In this document: positions 33,356-41,437 of the stretch, piece by piece
Layout of the letters: each line of letters starts with the position of its first letter
Numbering within the stretch: position 1 is the first letter of the stretch
DNA from: a virus
Virus record (IMG/VR): IMGVR_UViG_3300005323_000021
Direction: 5' to 3' (one strand)
DNA: 41,798 nt
The notes under the pieces: generated by a model
The model's input: the letters and a program-made list of their open reading frames with translations, nothing else
Database searches by the model: none
Told to the model about the DNA's origin: nothing
Translations under genes and position numbers: made by a program

Positions 33356-34032
33356 AAGTTCACCAGCGCCATGTCAATGGTGAATTTACCGCCGAACGTA
33401 CCTTCTACGGTGAGGGTTTTCTTATTGATTTTCAGTACTTTCTTTTGGTTGAAACATCCTGCATTGACCATATCCCCTACCTTCACGGATTCCCGGATCT
33501 TCTGGCGGTGCGCCTCATGCCGGGCTTCTGCATCGCCTTTGATGGCTACGGGCCGGGACAACCGTTCCGCCACACGGGCCAGATGTTGGCCTTCCTGATA
33601 TGCGGCACACGCTTTTGAGCTGAGGCTTTGCATCCGCTCGATATCCCTTTCATGCCGGCGCTGTGAGTGGTGACCGCATAGGACCGGCTGCCCGAATGGG
33701 ATCATATCCGCTATTCGGTGTTCTTTTTCAAACAGTGATTCTGCCAGCGCCGATTTCTTTTCAGCACGGCCCCGGATCCGTTCGGCTTTCCGGTCTGCTT
33801 TTGCCTGACGGTATGCCCGTAGTGCATCCCCTGTGAGCGGTTCAAAGACATTGTCCGGGGCTTCGCTGTCAAATACTTCGATTTTCCGGGTGCCAATCAG
33901 CGCGGCAACCTGATCCCGCTTTGATTCCGGTACGATGTACTGCTTTTCTTCGTGCTGCCATACCCCGCCCAGAGCACGGATTTCATGGCGGATCTTGTAG
34001 GTATCGCCGGAAAGGGTGATGACGGGGATCAT
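33352..34032 (-). CDS. DUF3560-domain protein
   Basis: FGQPVLCGHHSQRRHERDIERM matches the conserved DUF3560 motif (GQPIL-GHHSE-RHR). Confidence 0.6.
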   Translation of the reverse strand: MIPVITLSGDTYKIRHEIRALGGVWQHEEKQYIVPESKRDQVAALIGTRKIEVFDSEAPDNVFEPLTGDALRAYRQAKADRKAERIRGRAEKKSALAESLFEKEHRIADMIPFGQPVLCGHHSQRRHERDIERMQSLSSKACAAYQEGQHLARVAERLSRPVAIKGDAEARHEAHRQKIRESVKVGDMVNAGCFNQKKVLKINKKTLTVEGTFGGKFTIDMALVNL

Positions 34033-34193
34033 GCTGTGACCCCCTCGACCCTTATGTACTTAAGACATGCACGGTATGTTTTTGTGATGCTTTTTGACCG
34101 GGGAACTTTTGACATGATTTCATAGCGTTGCATCGGGGTCATATTCCGCCAGGTGATTTCTTCAACCGGGATTTGTGGCATTTCACTTTGCAT
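34029..34193 (-). CDS. Hypothetical miniprotein (54 aa)
   Basis: MQSEMPQIPVEEITWRNMTPMQRYEIMSKVPRSKSITKTYRACLKYIRVEGVTA. ATGA overlap with the DUF3560 gene. A promoter-like element lies directly upstream. Confidence 0.45.
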   Translation of the reverse strand: MQSEMPQIPVEEITWRNMTPMQRYEIMSKVPRSKSITKTYRACLKYIRVEGVTA

Positions 34194-34215
34194 ACTACAT
34201 CATATGCGCCATAAG

Positions 34216-34243
34216 TATATAAACGTATCTTAACGTATGTCAA
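34216..34243 (-). promoter_or_regulatory. Promoter-like element: TTTATATA box 22 nt upstream of the ATG at 34193
   Basis: Minus strand reads TTGACAtacgttaagatacgTTTATATActtatggcgcatatgatgtagtATG. This can be read as an archaeal TATA box with a leaderless start, or as TTGACA-N16-TATATA. Confidence 0.45.
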
Positions 34244-34264
34244 CACACATCAAAAAGAGGGGGA

Positions 34265-34921
34265 TTATTGTATCAGTTTGATCTCTTGGCCGGGGAACGT
34301 GTCCAACTTCGGAAGATAGCAACTTCCGCCATACTGCTCATTGATAATCTGGGTGAAATGCTCCTGCCAATACTCCCGATTAAATCCCGTCTTTGAGTGG
34401 CAGGAATGACATAAGGCAACAAATAGAGGAATGGAATTGTCGCAGCACGTTTTCTTATTGAAATTTACGTGGTGAACGTGCAACTTAACGCCATTCTGCG
34501 GTGCTCCGCATTCAACGCATTTATGGCTGAAGAAAGACCGAACCCTTTCTCTGAACTCGTTATTAAATTTCGGGCAGTATGGCTCGAAGGATATGCCGCC
34601 CTTCCAGAGGTTGCACTTCTCGCCACGGTTTGCCAGACTTAATTTTAATCGGGTTTCTGGTGACGGGTTGTGTTTTCCTTTGTTAGATTCACTTGATTTT
34701 CTCTTTGATTCCTCTCGGTGATGTGTCCCGTATCTGGGATTGTTCTCACCCCGGTTGAGTTCACTCAATTTTTCCCGCGTTTCCGAGGATACTTGTTTGC
34801 CTTTTTGAGCGGCCCTCATCCGTTCTCGGGTTTCGGGAGATGCTTTTTTTCCCAGACGTGCCGCCCGTAGTTTTTCTCGCTTTATTCTGTCTTTCTCTGG
34901 ATCGGCGCACACTCCACGCAT
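34265..34921 (-). CDS. Homing-type endonuclease: NUMOD3 repeats plus a C-terminal HNH domain
   Basis: NUMOD3-like repeats SPETRERMRAAQKGK, SSETREKLSELNRG and SPETRLKLSLANRGEK, then CVECG...LHVHHVNFNK...ALCHSCHSK. A/T-richer than the structural genes. Confidence 0.75.
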   Translation of the reverse strand: MRGVCADPEKDRIKREKLRAARLGKKASPETRERMRAAQKGKQVSSETREKLSELNRGENNPRYGTHHREESKRKSSESNKGKHNPSPETRLKLSLANRGEKCNLWKGGISFEPYCPKFNNEFRERVRSFFSHKCVECGAPQNGVKLHVHHVNFNKKTCCDNSIPLFVALCHSCHSKTGFNREYWQEHFTQIINEQYGGSCYLPKLDTFPGQEIKLIQ

Positions 34922-36310
34922 TTAATCGCCCTCCAAAAGAACCGGCATCTTGTTAAAGGTGGTCTTATAGCGTTCAAGACAAACTGCCACGTACCCGGGG
35001 TCCACTTCCACGCCCCGGCACTTCCTCCCTAAATTCTCGCATGCGATCATGGTGGTACCGGATCCGAGGAATGGCTCATAAATTGGTGATTCTTTATTTG
35101 AGAATGCGGTTATAAACCACGCTGCCAACTTTACAGGAAACACCGCGGGGTGATCTATACTTTCTGAATTGGGGGAGATCTCGATCACATTTCCCGGTCT
35201 GGCAATCCCTTTCTTTGTTTTTCCACCCACGGTTATATTCCCGCTTTTTCCTTGTGACGGGTTTGTCGGAGAATATTCTCGTATATTCTCCGACACTGTT
35301 CCAACATCCAGAGGGTTAAATATAATCTCCTTGTTTTTTGAGAACTGAAAACACGGTTCAAAGTCATTTCTAAACCGGTTATTCCATCCTCCCGGTATGC
35401 CTTTGTGATACCAGATCAGATCGTCAATATATCTGAATCCAATCTCCTCTTTTAGTGCGATTACAAGTTTTTTCACATAGAGGATTCTTTCACCATCATC
35501 ACAATTCTCTTTTATATTGAGAATGAAACTGCCTTTATCAGAGAGAATATTTTTTATATTTTCTGCAACGCCTGAGAACCATTTAACATACTTCTCTGGG
35601 GCAATGCTGGCATATTGTCCTTTTCTCTGTTCTGCATAAGGTGGGCTTGTAAAGCATAGATCCGCCTTCTCACCCTGCATCACCCGCTCAACAACCGCCG
35701 GATCCGTGCAATCCCCGCAGATCACCCGGTGATCGCCGCATTGCCACATCTGCCCCAGCTCGGTGCCCCACTCTTTCCGCAGTTCCTCCGATCTTGATAT
35801 CTGCGGTTCGGCGTCTAATGGCTCATCGTCCTTGTGGAGATCCCTGAGCATCCCGTCAAACTCAATATCATCAAACCCGGTGAACTCCAGCATATCATCG
35901 AGTTTCAATTCCTGCAAGTTGATCGTGAGTTGCCCGATATCCCAATCACCCTGTGCTTTGTTCAGGGCAATATTGGCAGCGTTCTCCTCTTTCTCAGACA
36001 GTTCCTTGAGATCCGCTTCTGCAAAGGCCCACGTATACGCCCCGAGCGCCACGGTGTACAGTTCAGTGTATCCCTGCGAATCCAGGACTTTAATTCTCTG
36101 GTGGCCACCCAGGATCTTCCGGGTGCGGGTATTGAAGATGATCGGGTCCAGTTGCCCGAACTTCTCCACGCTCTTATTGATCTTCTCAAACTCCGGATCG
36201 CCTTTCTTGAGATCCTTACGCGGATTCTTTGCATCCGGTATCAGGTGCGCCAACAGGATTTTACCGAGCCCTGCCGGGATTGGTTGCTCTTTAAGTGGAT
36301 TTTGTTTCAT
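34922..36310 (-). CDS. ParB-like nuclease domain fused to a beta-class DNA methyltransferase (N4-C or N6-A)
   Basis: ParB-like N-terminus (NPRKDL...FGQLDPIIFN...ILGGHQR). Motif IV FTSPPY precedes motif I EPFLGSGTT, the beta-class order. Confidence 0.8.
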   Translation of the reverse strand: MKQNPLKEQPIPAGLGKILLAHLIPDAKNPRKDLKKGDPEFEKINKSVEKFGQLDPIIFNTRTRKILGGHQRIKVLDSQGYTELYTVALGAYTWAFAEADLKELSEKEENAANIALNKAQGDWDIGQLTINLQELKLDDMLEFTGFDDIEFDGMLRDLHKDDEPLDAEPQISRSEELRKEWGTELGQMWQCGDHRVICGDCTDPAVVERVMQGEKADLCFTSPPYAEQRKGQYASIAPEKYVKWFSGVAENIKNILSDKGSFILNIKENCDDGERILYVKKLVIALKEEIGFRYIDDLIWYHKGIPGGWNNRFRNDFEPCFQFSKNKEIIFNPLDVGTVSENIREYSPTNPSQGKSGNITVGGKTKKGIARPGNVIEISPNSESIDHPAVFPVKLAAWFITAFSNKESPIYEPFLGSGTTMIACENLGRKCRGVEVDPGYVAVCLERYKTTFNKMPVLLEGD

Positions 36311-36486
36311 CGTTTACCTTCGCTTATTTCCCGCATTACCTTTATTTCGTGCTCCATTACTGCGATGCAATCCAGTTTTTCCAGTACCTGCATCTGCAAG
36401 TTCAGCACCGAGTCCTCTAATTTCCGGATCCGCTTCGCGCCTTTGGCATCGCTGAGGGTTACGCCGGGTTTCACGGCATCGCCCAC
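36307..36486 (-). CDS. Possible coiled-coil miniprotein (59 aa from GTG 36486; 28 aa from ATG 36393)
   Basis: ...RIRKLEDSVLNLQMQVLEKLDCIAVMEHEIKVMREISEGKR. ATGA overlap with the methyltransferase start. Confidence 0.35.
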   Translation of the reverse strand: MGDAVKPGVTLSDAKGAKRIRKLEDSVLNLQMQVLEKLDCIAVMEHEIKVMREISEGKR

Positions 36487-36731
36487 ATTTTTTTATGATG
36501 GTAAATCGGGTAATTCAATGGATGATAAATTCTCAGGTAGATCGTGAACGGAGTTGATATCTTAAAGTGCTTTGCGACTTCTTGAAAGATCTTTCCTTCC
36601 GGATCGGCATCTCCATATTCGGGATTATTGGTCGTTATCCCGGAGCCAGAGAATTGCATTAATTCGGATTCCCTGCTGAAGGGAGTTCCTTGGAATATTG
36701 TACCTTCAAAATCGATTATCCAGCCGGTCAT
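36471..36731 (-). CDS. Hypothetical protein, paralog family A (copy 2)
   Basis: About 50% identical to the 2231..2494 product. Like that copy, it lies one miniprotein upstream of a DNA methyltransferase. Confidence 0.7.
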   Translation of the reverse strand: MTGWIIDFEGTIFQGTPFSRESELMQFSGSGITTNNPEYGDADPEGKIFQEVAKHFKISTPFTIYLRIYHPLNYPIYHHKKMWAMP

Positions 36732-36865
36732 ACCCAGTTCCTCTCACTCAATACGCCTGTATCCTCAGCGTATCGCTCGCAGTCCGCCGGCTTCTGCTGT
36801 TGTCGCTGCTGGAATAGCCCCGGGCAGGTTGTTTCGTGCCGGCATGATTGGCAGTTTGCGGTCAT
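36728..36865 (-). CDS. Cys-containing miniprotein (45 aa)
   Basis: MTANCQSCRHETTCPGLFQQRQQQKPADCERYAEDTGVLSERNWV. ATGA overlaps at both ends. Confidence 0.4.
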   Translation of the reverse strand: MTANCQSCRHETTCPGLFQQRQQQKPADCERYAEDTGVLSERNWV

Positions 36866-37131
36866 CGTATCCCCCTCATGCGCATGGTTTTGTAGATCTG
36901 GCGATCGGTGATTTTTGGTTTCTGCGGGCGGCTGAGCCGGTCCAGCTGCGCTTTGAGGTCTTCAAACGAGAGGGTCGATTCTTCAACAGTGTACCGGAGA
37001 GTTCCCATACCTTGTGTGAGTGCGTCTATGGCGGCAGCGGTCGATCTCGTAGCCTTTTCAAACGATGGCGAAACTTCGATATCAGTCACATCCGCGATCA
37101 CTTCGCCACCTAATGATAGTGTTGCGGTCAT
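36862..37131 (-). CDS. Hypothetical protein (89 aa)
   Basis: Co-directional, ATGA-coupled ORF. Confidence 0.55.
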   Translation of the reverse strand: MTATLSLGGEVIADVTDIEVSPSFEKATRSTAAAIDALTQGMGTLRYTVEESTLSFEDLKAQLDRLSRPQKPKITDRQIYKTMRMRGIR

Positions 37132-37376
37132 GTGAATGCTTCCAGCTCTGAAAGTTTGATCGGATGTCCTTCAAGAATTGTGCTTCTCACGGACCTCATG
37201 AGATCCTCATCGTTCTTGAACGCACAATACCGGGCCGGGTACGGGCATTTTTCAAGGAGACCGTGAGGCCTTCTCTTTGTGTCCCAGACAGGACAGTAAC
37301 TACGCATTCCAGCAAGAGCGATCGGATCGTTTGGCTCCCTCTTTAGTTTTTCGCAGGGATCTATTTTTGCGGTCAT
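37128..37376 (-). CDS. Hypothetical Cys-rich protein (82 aa)
   Basis: First ORF after the 421-bp non-coding gap. Confidence 0.55.
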   Translation of the reverse strand: MTAKIDPCEKLKREPNDPIALAGMRSYCPVWDTKRRPHGLLEKCPYPARYCAFKNDEDLMRSVRSTILEGHPIKLSELEAFT

Positions 37377-37797
37377 AGACGCAACCGGCCGGTTTGACCC
37401 GGCGAGGATCCCGTATCAGGGGCCCACCTCATATGATTTTCGGTTGCAAATATACTGTCCCTGTCAGAGATTATTTATTGAAGGTGATATCTTTTACGCC
37501 ACAATCTTGTGAGAGATGAGAGGGGGCAAAGACAAAGGTGCTGCAAAATGCCATGCGTGGAACTTCAGGATGTCGTTTGGTCTTATAGCGATACTTTCTT
37601 TGACAGGGGGATGGCCCGCGTCCGGAACTGTGAACCGGAAAGGGTAGCATACGGGCCGGGAGTTGATTTGTTTCCTAGGGTTTTCGTGCAATCCTCACAC
37701 CCGACAGTGATGGATCCGCCGTAATGTGAGGTAGGGGGCCGGCTCCTTTTGACGGAGAGCGCCATGCTTGACTGTGTCACGCGGCCCCGGTTGTTCA
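37377..37797. other. 421-bp non-coding region with GC-rich nested stems (candidate structured RNA, pac site or origin)
   Basis: No convincing ORF in any frame. Nested stems: ggcccg(37613-18)/cgggcc(37652-57) enclosing tccgg/ccgga; cctcaca(37692-98)/tgtgagg(37724-30); ggggccg(37735-41)/cggcccc(37782-88). Confidence 0.4.
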
Positions 37798-38220
37798 TTA
37801 AGCGATACCTGCCACTTTCAGCCCGCCATATCCCATTATGAGGGCTGCCACGGTAGGCCACTGACACTTTACGACATTGGCAACCATTGCGGACGTGTTG
37901 AAGTACTGCGCTTCATCCTGCCAGAGCGTCGGGCAATCGGGCACCTGCCCGAGCGTGGGAGCCTTGAATCCCGCTGAGATACCGGCAAGGAAGATATGCC
38001 ACTCACGGTACGTCGAGCAAAAACCATCGGTTTCACCTGTGAACTTCCCGATCAGTTTCCCGAGGAACATACCTTCAGCACGCTCGCCGGGGCTGTCGTA
38101 CGGGTCGTACTCGTAGCCGGGCCGGCCGGTGACAGTAGTCGTTACTGGTACTGAGTACTGGCCGGGTTGTGTGATGGTCCCTTTATACGATGTTGTCGGG
38201 ATACTTTCATCGTCTGCCAT
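37798..38220 (-). CDS. Hypothetical protein (140 aa) with hydrophobic C-terminal segments
   Basis: Co-directional ORF. Contains ...WHIFLAGISAGF... and ...WPTVAALIMGYGGLKVAGIA. Confidence 0.55.
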   Translation of the reverse strand: MADDESIPTTSYKGTITQPGQYSVPVTTTVTGRPGYEYDPYDSPGERAEGMFLGKLIGKFTGETDGFCSTYREWHIFLAGISAGFKAPTLGQVPDCPTLWQDEAQYFNTSAMVANVVKCQWPTVAALIMGYGGLKVAGIA

Positions 38221-38225
38221 ACGGG

Positions 38226-38738
38226 TTATTCCCCCTCATCTGGCGGAGGTGCAATCGGACCCTTCTTGATCTCGAAGGAGAACTCCGCGATCTGTCCGCC
38301 GGCTTCCGGTGAGAAGTCCCGAGCTGCAAGGATCTGGTCTGCTGATGCGGTGCCGGGCAACGGGGCGCCACGCGGGGCAACCTTGACGGTTACGGTGTGC
38401 TTGCCGTACTTCGAGTACTGGGTATAACCCGGTGGCCGAGCGGTGCCGAACCACACGATCCCACGATTGGCCTGATCCACCGGGTAATCGGTGACTTGCT
38501 CGATGATGTGGGGATCCCTGAGGGTTGTCTCCTTCTCGTTGTCGAAGATCACATCGATGATCATGCTGTCCTTTGTCGGGGCGGTCGGACCGGTTGCGAT
38601 CTTCAGGCCGAATATGATACCGTTCGGCAGGCGCTGGAAGATATCGCGGTAGATTGCTTTGAGCGGCAGATAATCTCCGCCCGCTCCTGAGTACCCGGCC
38701 ATGAAGAGGCCAATTGGGGTTGCGATTGGGTTAACCAT
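38226..38738 (-). CDS. Hypothetical protein (170 aa)
   Basis: Co-directional ORF; no recognised motif. Confidence 0.55.
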   Translation of the reverse strand: MVNPIATPIGLFMAGYSGAGGDYLPLKAIYRDIFQRLPNGIIFGLKIATGPTAPTKDSMIIDVIFDNEKETTLRDPHIIEQVTDYPVDQANRGIVWFGTARPPGYTQYSKYGKHTVTVKVAPRGAPLPGTASADQILAARDFSPEAGGQIAEFSFEIKKGPIAPPPDEGE

Positions 38739-38750
38739 TATTATTACTCC

Positions 38751-39230
38751 TTATGTACATATGGGTTCTGATTTTTTAAGACCGTCATTACCCATTTTTA
38801 ATGCATTATAGGCCATTGCATATATGAGCCCGGCCGTTTCTTCGTCTGAATAAACCCCGAGATGTTGTCTACCCAATGGGGTTTTAATCTGAGTTTGCCA
38901 TTTCTCTTTTTGTTTGTTCCAATACACACCCGGGTATTTAGAAGTTTTTTTAATATGAAGATTTTGTAGGTTTTCTCGGTGAGTTACAATCCGTAGATTT
39001 TTTCTGCGATTGTCAAGACCGTTGCCATTTATATGATCGGTCATTTCTCCTTTTTTTGTGGAGATGATATCTTGGTGCATGTAAATTCCCCCACCGCGAT
39101 TGGGTAGACCTCTTGCAGCATAAAAAACGTTACCGGATTTTTGAGCATACCAACGATATTGGTTGATCCTTTCATAATCCCCATCATCTACAAGTGAGAC
39201 TTTTCCTTGAGTTAAAGGGATTTCCTTCAT
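38751..39230 (-). CDS. Homing-type endonuclease: HNH plus an AP2 DNA-binding domain
   Basis: GEMTDHINGNGLDNRRKNLRIVTHRENLQN (HNH_3-like), then SKYPGVYWNKQKEKWQTQIKTPLGRQHLGVYSDEETAGLIY (AP2-like). ATG 39230 has GGAAAAGGAAG upstream. Markedly A/T-rich. Confidence 0.75.
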   Translation of the reverse strand: MKEIPLTQGKVSLVDDGDYERINQYRWYAQKSGNVFYAARGLPNRGGGIYMHQDIISTKKGEMTDHINGNGLDNRRKNLRIVTHRENLQNLHIKKTSKYPGVYWNKQKEKWQTQIKTPLGRQHLGVYSDEETAGLIYAMAYNALKMGNDGLKKSEPICT

Positions 39231-39301
39231 GTATACAACTTCCTTTTCCCGGTGATGGTGCCGGGAGCACCTTGACAATGATAATACGGAGAGGGTATTT
39301 A

Positions 39302-39631
39302 TTAAGGTTTCTCTTTTATCTCCTCTTTTGAACACCTCTTCCGTTCCTCTTGCGGGATATCATAATCGAGATTGATACTATCCTCATTGTCATATCCGAT
39401 CCACTCTGCAACGAATCCCTTAGACTTCAGCAAAGTGATTACTTCTTCCCATGATTGGGGATACCGCATTTGGACGTATTTTTCAGATGCGGGATCCGGG
39501 TAAGGAATGTACGTAGAGAGCGCCTTTTTTACTGCATCTTTATCCGCATCGGTTTTTATTATCCCATTCCAGCACCTGTACGAATATTCCCCTTCTTCAA
39601 TGAAGAAATAAGTCAATGGTTTTTCAGTCAT
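39302..39631 (-). CDS. Hypothetical protein (109 aa)
   Basis: Co-directional ORF in the A/T-rich stretch next to the HNH-AP2 gene. Confidence 0.55.
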   Translation of the reverse strand: MTEKPLTYFFIEEGEYSYRCWNGIIKTDADKDAVKKALSTYIPYPDPASEKYVQMRYPQSWEEVITLLKSKGFVAEWIGYDNEDSINLDYDIPQEERKRCSKEEIKEKP

Positions 39632-39869
39632 TGTTTTTCACTCCATATCCTTTTACCATCCGTGCCTTTGCCGCCGTGTTGTGCTCCAGTGCCAGGTCCC
39701 GGTTCGCCGTGGTGTATTGCCCCTTTGCATACAGCGTCCGGCACGGGGTACTGCAACACTGATCCTGGTTCTTCCTGGAGAATCGTTTCCGCGCTTGTGC
39801 TCCAATCTCTGAGAATCGCTTACCGCAGACCGTGCACATGAGCCAGATTCGCGGCTTGTGAAAACTCAA
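39624..39869 (-). CDS. Zinc-ribbon protein (81 aa from TTG; shorter from the internal ATG)
   Basis: WLMCTVCGKRFSE...CCSTPCRTLYAKG. The pattern is shared with the 3392..3589 product. Confidence 0.5.
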   Translation of the reverse strand: MSFHKPRIWLMCTVCGKRFSEIGAQARKRFSRKNQDQCCSTPCRTLYAKGQYTTANRDLALEHNTAAKARMVKGYGVKNND

Positions 39870-40003
39870 TCGCTCGCCTCGATCTGAACAATACGGGATT
39901 TTGGAGGATTAATGTACATACCATCGCCACCCAGAGGGAAGATCGCTCCGCGTTTCAGCAAGTACAGCATTCTTCTTACGGTGGTTTTTGTGCGTTTTTT
40001 CAC
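39866..40003 (-). CDS. Possible basic miniprotein (45 aa)
   Basis: MKKRTKTTVRRMLYLLKRGAIFPLGGDGMYINPPKSRIVQIEASD, from a GTG start in a GTGA overlap. Confidence 0.35.
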   Translation of the reverse strand: MKKRTKTTVRRMLYLLKRGAIFPLGGDGMYINPPKSRIVQIEASD

Positions 40004-40191
40004 GTTCCCATCCTCCTGCGGATCTCCGCGAGCAGTTCGTCGTTCGTATAAGAGGCTAGCGAGGTACGCTGGTCAAGCGTGAAGGTGTATGCCCCCTCAA
40101 TGAAGAAATGAGGACAATAATTCGGACAGGTGAACGTGCTTCCTGCGTGAAGATATGGGCATGCCGATCCTGGGGGTTTCGAGCAGCCCAT
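40000..40191 (-). CDS. Cys-rich miniprotein (63 aa)
   Basis: MGCSKPPGSACPYLHAGSTFTCPNYCPHFF... The ATG at 40191 is 2 nt after the upstream stop. Confidence 0.5.
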   Translation of the reverse strand: MGCSKPPGSACPYLHAGSTFTCPNYCPHFFIEGAYTFTLDQRTSLASYTNDELLAEIRRRMGT

Positions 40192-40193
40192 GA

Positions 40194-40604
40194 TTACCTC
40201 GCTCCCTGGTTCGGTTTGTCCGGCATCCATTTCCCGCTCCATTCGCCTTTTCTCACGACTTCCCCGATCGCGTAGTCCAGCCTGCGGTACGCTTCTGTGA
40301 GACTGAACCAGATCTCTTTCTCGAATGGCGTCAGGCTCCCCCAGTCCGGTGGTGCGATGTCGGTTGCGTTGAGCTCGGCGGCCCGTGCGAGCTTGTCCCT
40401 GCGGAGCCGGAAGATGTCTTCCAACAGTTCCCTTGCGGTGAAGTAGTCGCAGTCCTCACCGAGTTGCAGGGGGTCGGGGCCGGCATCCTTGAGGAGCTGG
40501 TCGAGCAGGGCCCTGATGTCCTTCTGGTCCGGAGGTACGATTATACGGTAGTGGTCCTTTTCCTGCCGGCGCCATTCGGTGAGGTCGGAGAGGGTGAGGG
40601 TCAT
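40194..40604 (-). CDS. Hypothetical helical protein; weak resemblance to the GINS (Gins51/Sld5-type) A-domain
   Basis: PLQLGEDCDYFTARELLEDIFRLRRDKLARAA...LTPFEKEIWFSLTEAYRRL parallels the archaeal GINS pattern (L-L--DFY ... LR--KI---A ... LT-EE). Confidence 0.3.
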   Translation of the reverse strand: MTLTLSDLTEWRRQEKDHYRIIVPPDQKDIRALLDQLLKDAGPDPLQLGEDCDYFTARELLEDIFRLRRDKLARAAELNATDIAPPDWGSLTPFEKEIWFSLTEAYRRLDYAIGEVVRKGEWSGKWMPDKPNQGAR

Positions 40605-40735
40605 CTTGACCTCTGATAACCGCTGATGTTATCCATCGTCTTTTCAAAGTCCTTGGTGGCTTCAAACGCATGACAATACCCCCTTGAGAGCGCACAGGGC
40701 CTCCGTTTTCGATACCAACAGCGATTTTCTTTCAT
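40601..40735 (-). CDS. Cys-containing miniprotein (44 aa)
   Basis: MKENRCWYRKRRPCALSRGYCHAFEATKDFEKTMDNISGYQRSR. ATGA overlaps at both ends. Confidence 0.4.
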   Translation of the reverse strand: MKENRCWYRKRRPCALSRGYCHAFEATKDFEKTMDNISGYQRSR

Positions 40736-40899
40736 TGCATCATCCACTCCACACTTCGATTGATCTCGTTGATGGCATACAAGCAGCGCTGGTTTTCCAC
40801 GCAATCCGGAGGGGGAGCATGATTTCCCCTTCCATCCTTTACGATCACCTCACACGTTCTGCCTCTGCCCTTGCACCCCCCACATACATATTTCGTCAC
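40732..40899 (-). CDS. Zinc-ribbon miniprotein (55 aa)
   Basis: (M)TKYVCGGCKGRGRTCEVIV...PPPDCVENQRC. GTG start in a GTGA overlap. Confidence 0.45.
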   Translation of the reverse strand: MTKYVCGGCKGRGRTCEVIVKDGRGNHAPPPDCVENQRCLYAINEINRSVEWMMQ

Positions 40900-41237
40900 A
40901 GTCCCACCGCCTTGATGTTTTCCAGCCACCAGATGAACCCGGCAAATGCCTTGTCCATCGACTCATCGGATCCATCGAGATTTTCACAGAAGGGGCTGGC
41001 CCAGAATGCGTAATAAACATCCAGAGAGTACCGTCCTGTGAGAACACAGTTCTGAGGGGCATCGTCAAACGGAAGGCCGGGAAGATCGTCCTCGTTACAA
41101 TCAAATGATAGGCACCACGGGTCTGCCGAGAGAAGATTTCCATAATCCCCGTACTCTTCGTTTGAACTGTAGGAGTGGCAGGAATAGCACGATGGTTTGT
41201 GCGGGGACCATCCTTGAATACGCTCGATGTCGCTCAT
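40896..41237 (-). CDS. Hypothetical acidic Cys-rich protein (113 aa)
   Basis: Co-directional, ATGA-coupled ORF. Confidence 0.55.
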   Translation of the reverse strand: MSDIERIQGWSPHKPSCYSCHSYSSNEEYGDYGNLLSADPWCLSFDCNEDDLPGLPFDDAPQNCVLTGRYSLDVYYAFWASPFCENLDGSDESMDKAFAGFIWWLENIKAVGL

Positions 41238-41437
41238 CTCATCCTCCCTGCCTTGCTGAATCTCGGCACCGCTGCGATGCTCATCTGGATCTGCTCGGGG
41301 CTGTGCCTGTCTCCTGCGCAGTGATAATAGGTCTGGCCGCCGATCACGGTGGCTGCACCTTTGCGGATGGCTTCTTCCCGCGTGATGTGAGGGAGCGGGG
41401 CGGAGCAGACCACGCAGAGGATGGGTTCGGTTTTCAT
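41234..41437 (-). CDS. Cys-rich protein, paralog family C (copy 2)
   Basis: MKTEPILCVVCSAPLP...TYYHCAGDRHSPEQIQMSIAAVPRF. ATGA overlaps at both ends. Confidence 0.6.
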   Translation of the reverse strand: MKTEPILCVVCSAPLPHITREEAIRKGAATVIGGQTYYHCAGDRHSPEQIQMSIAAVPRFSKAGRMR

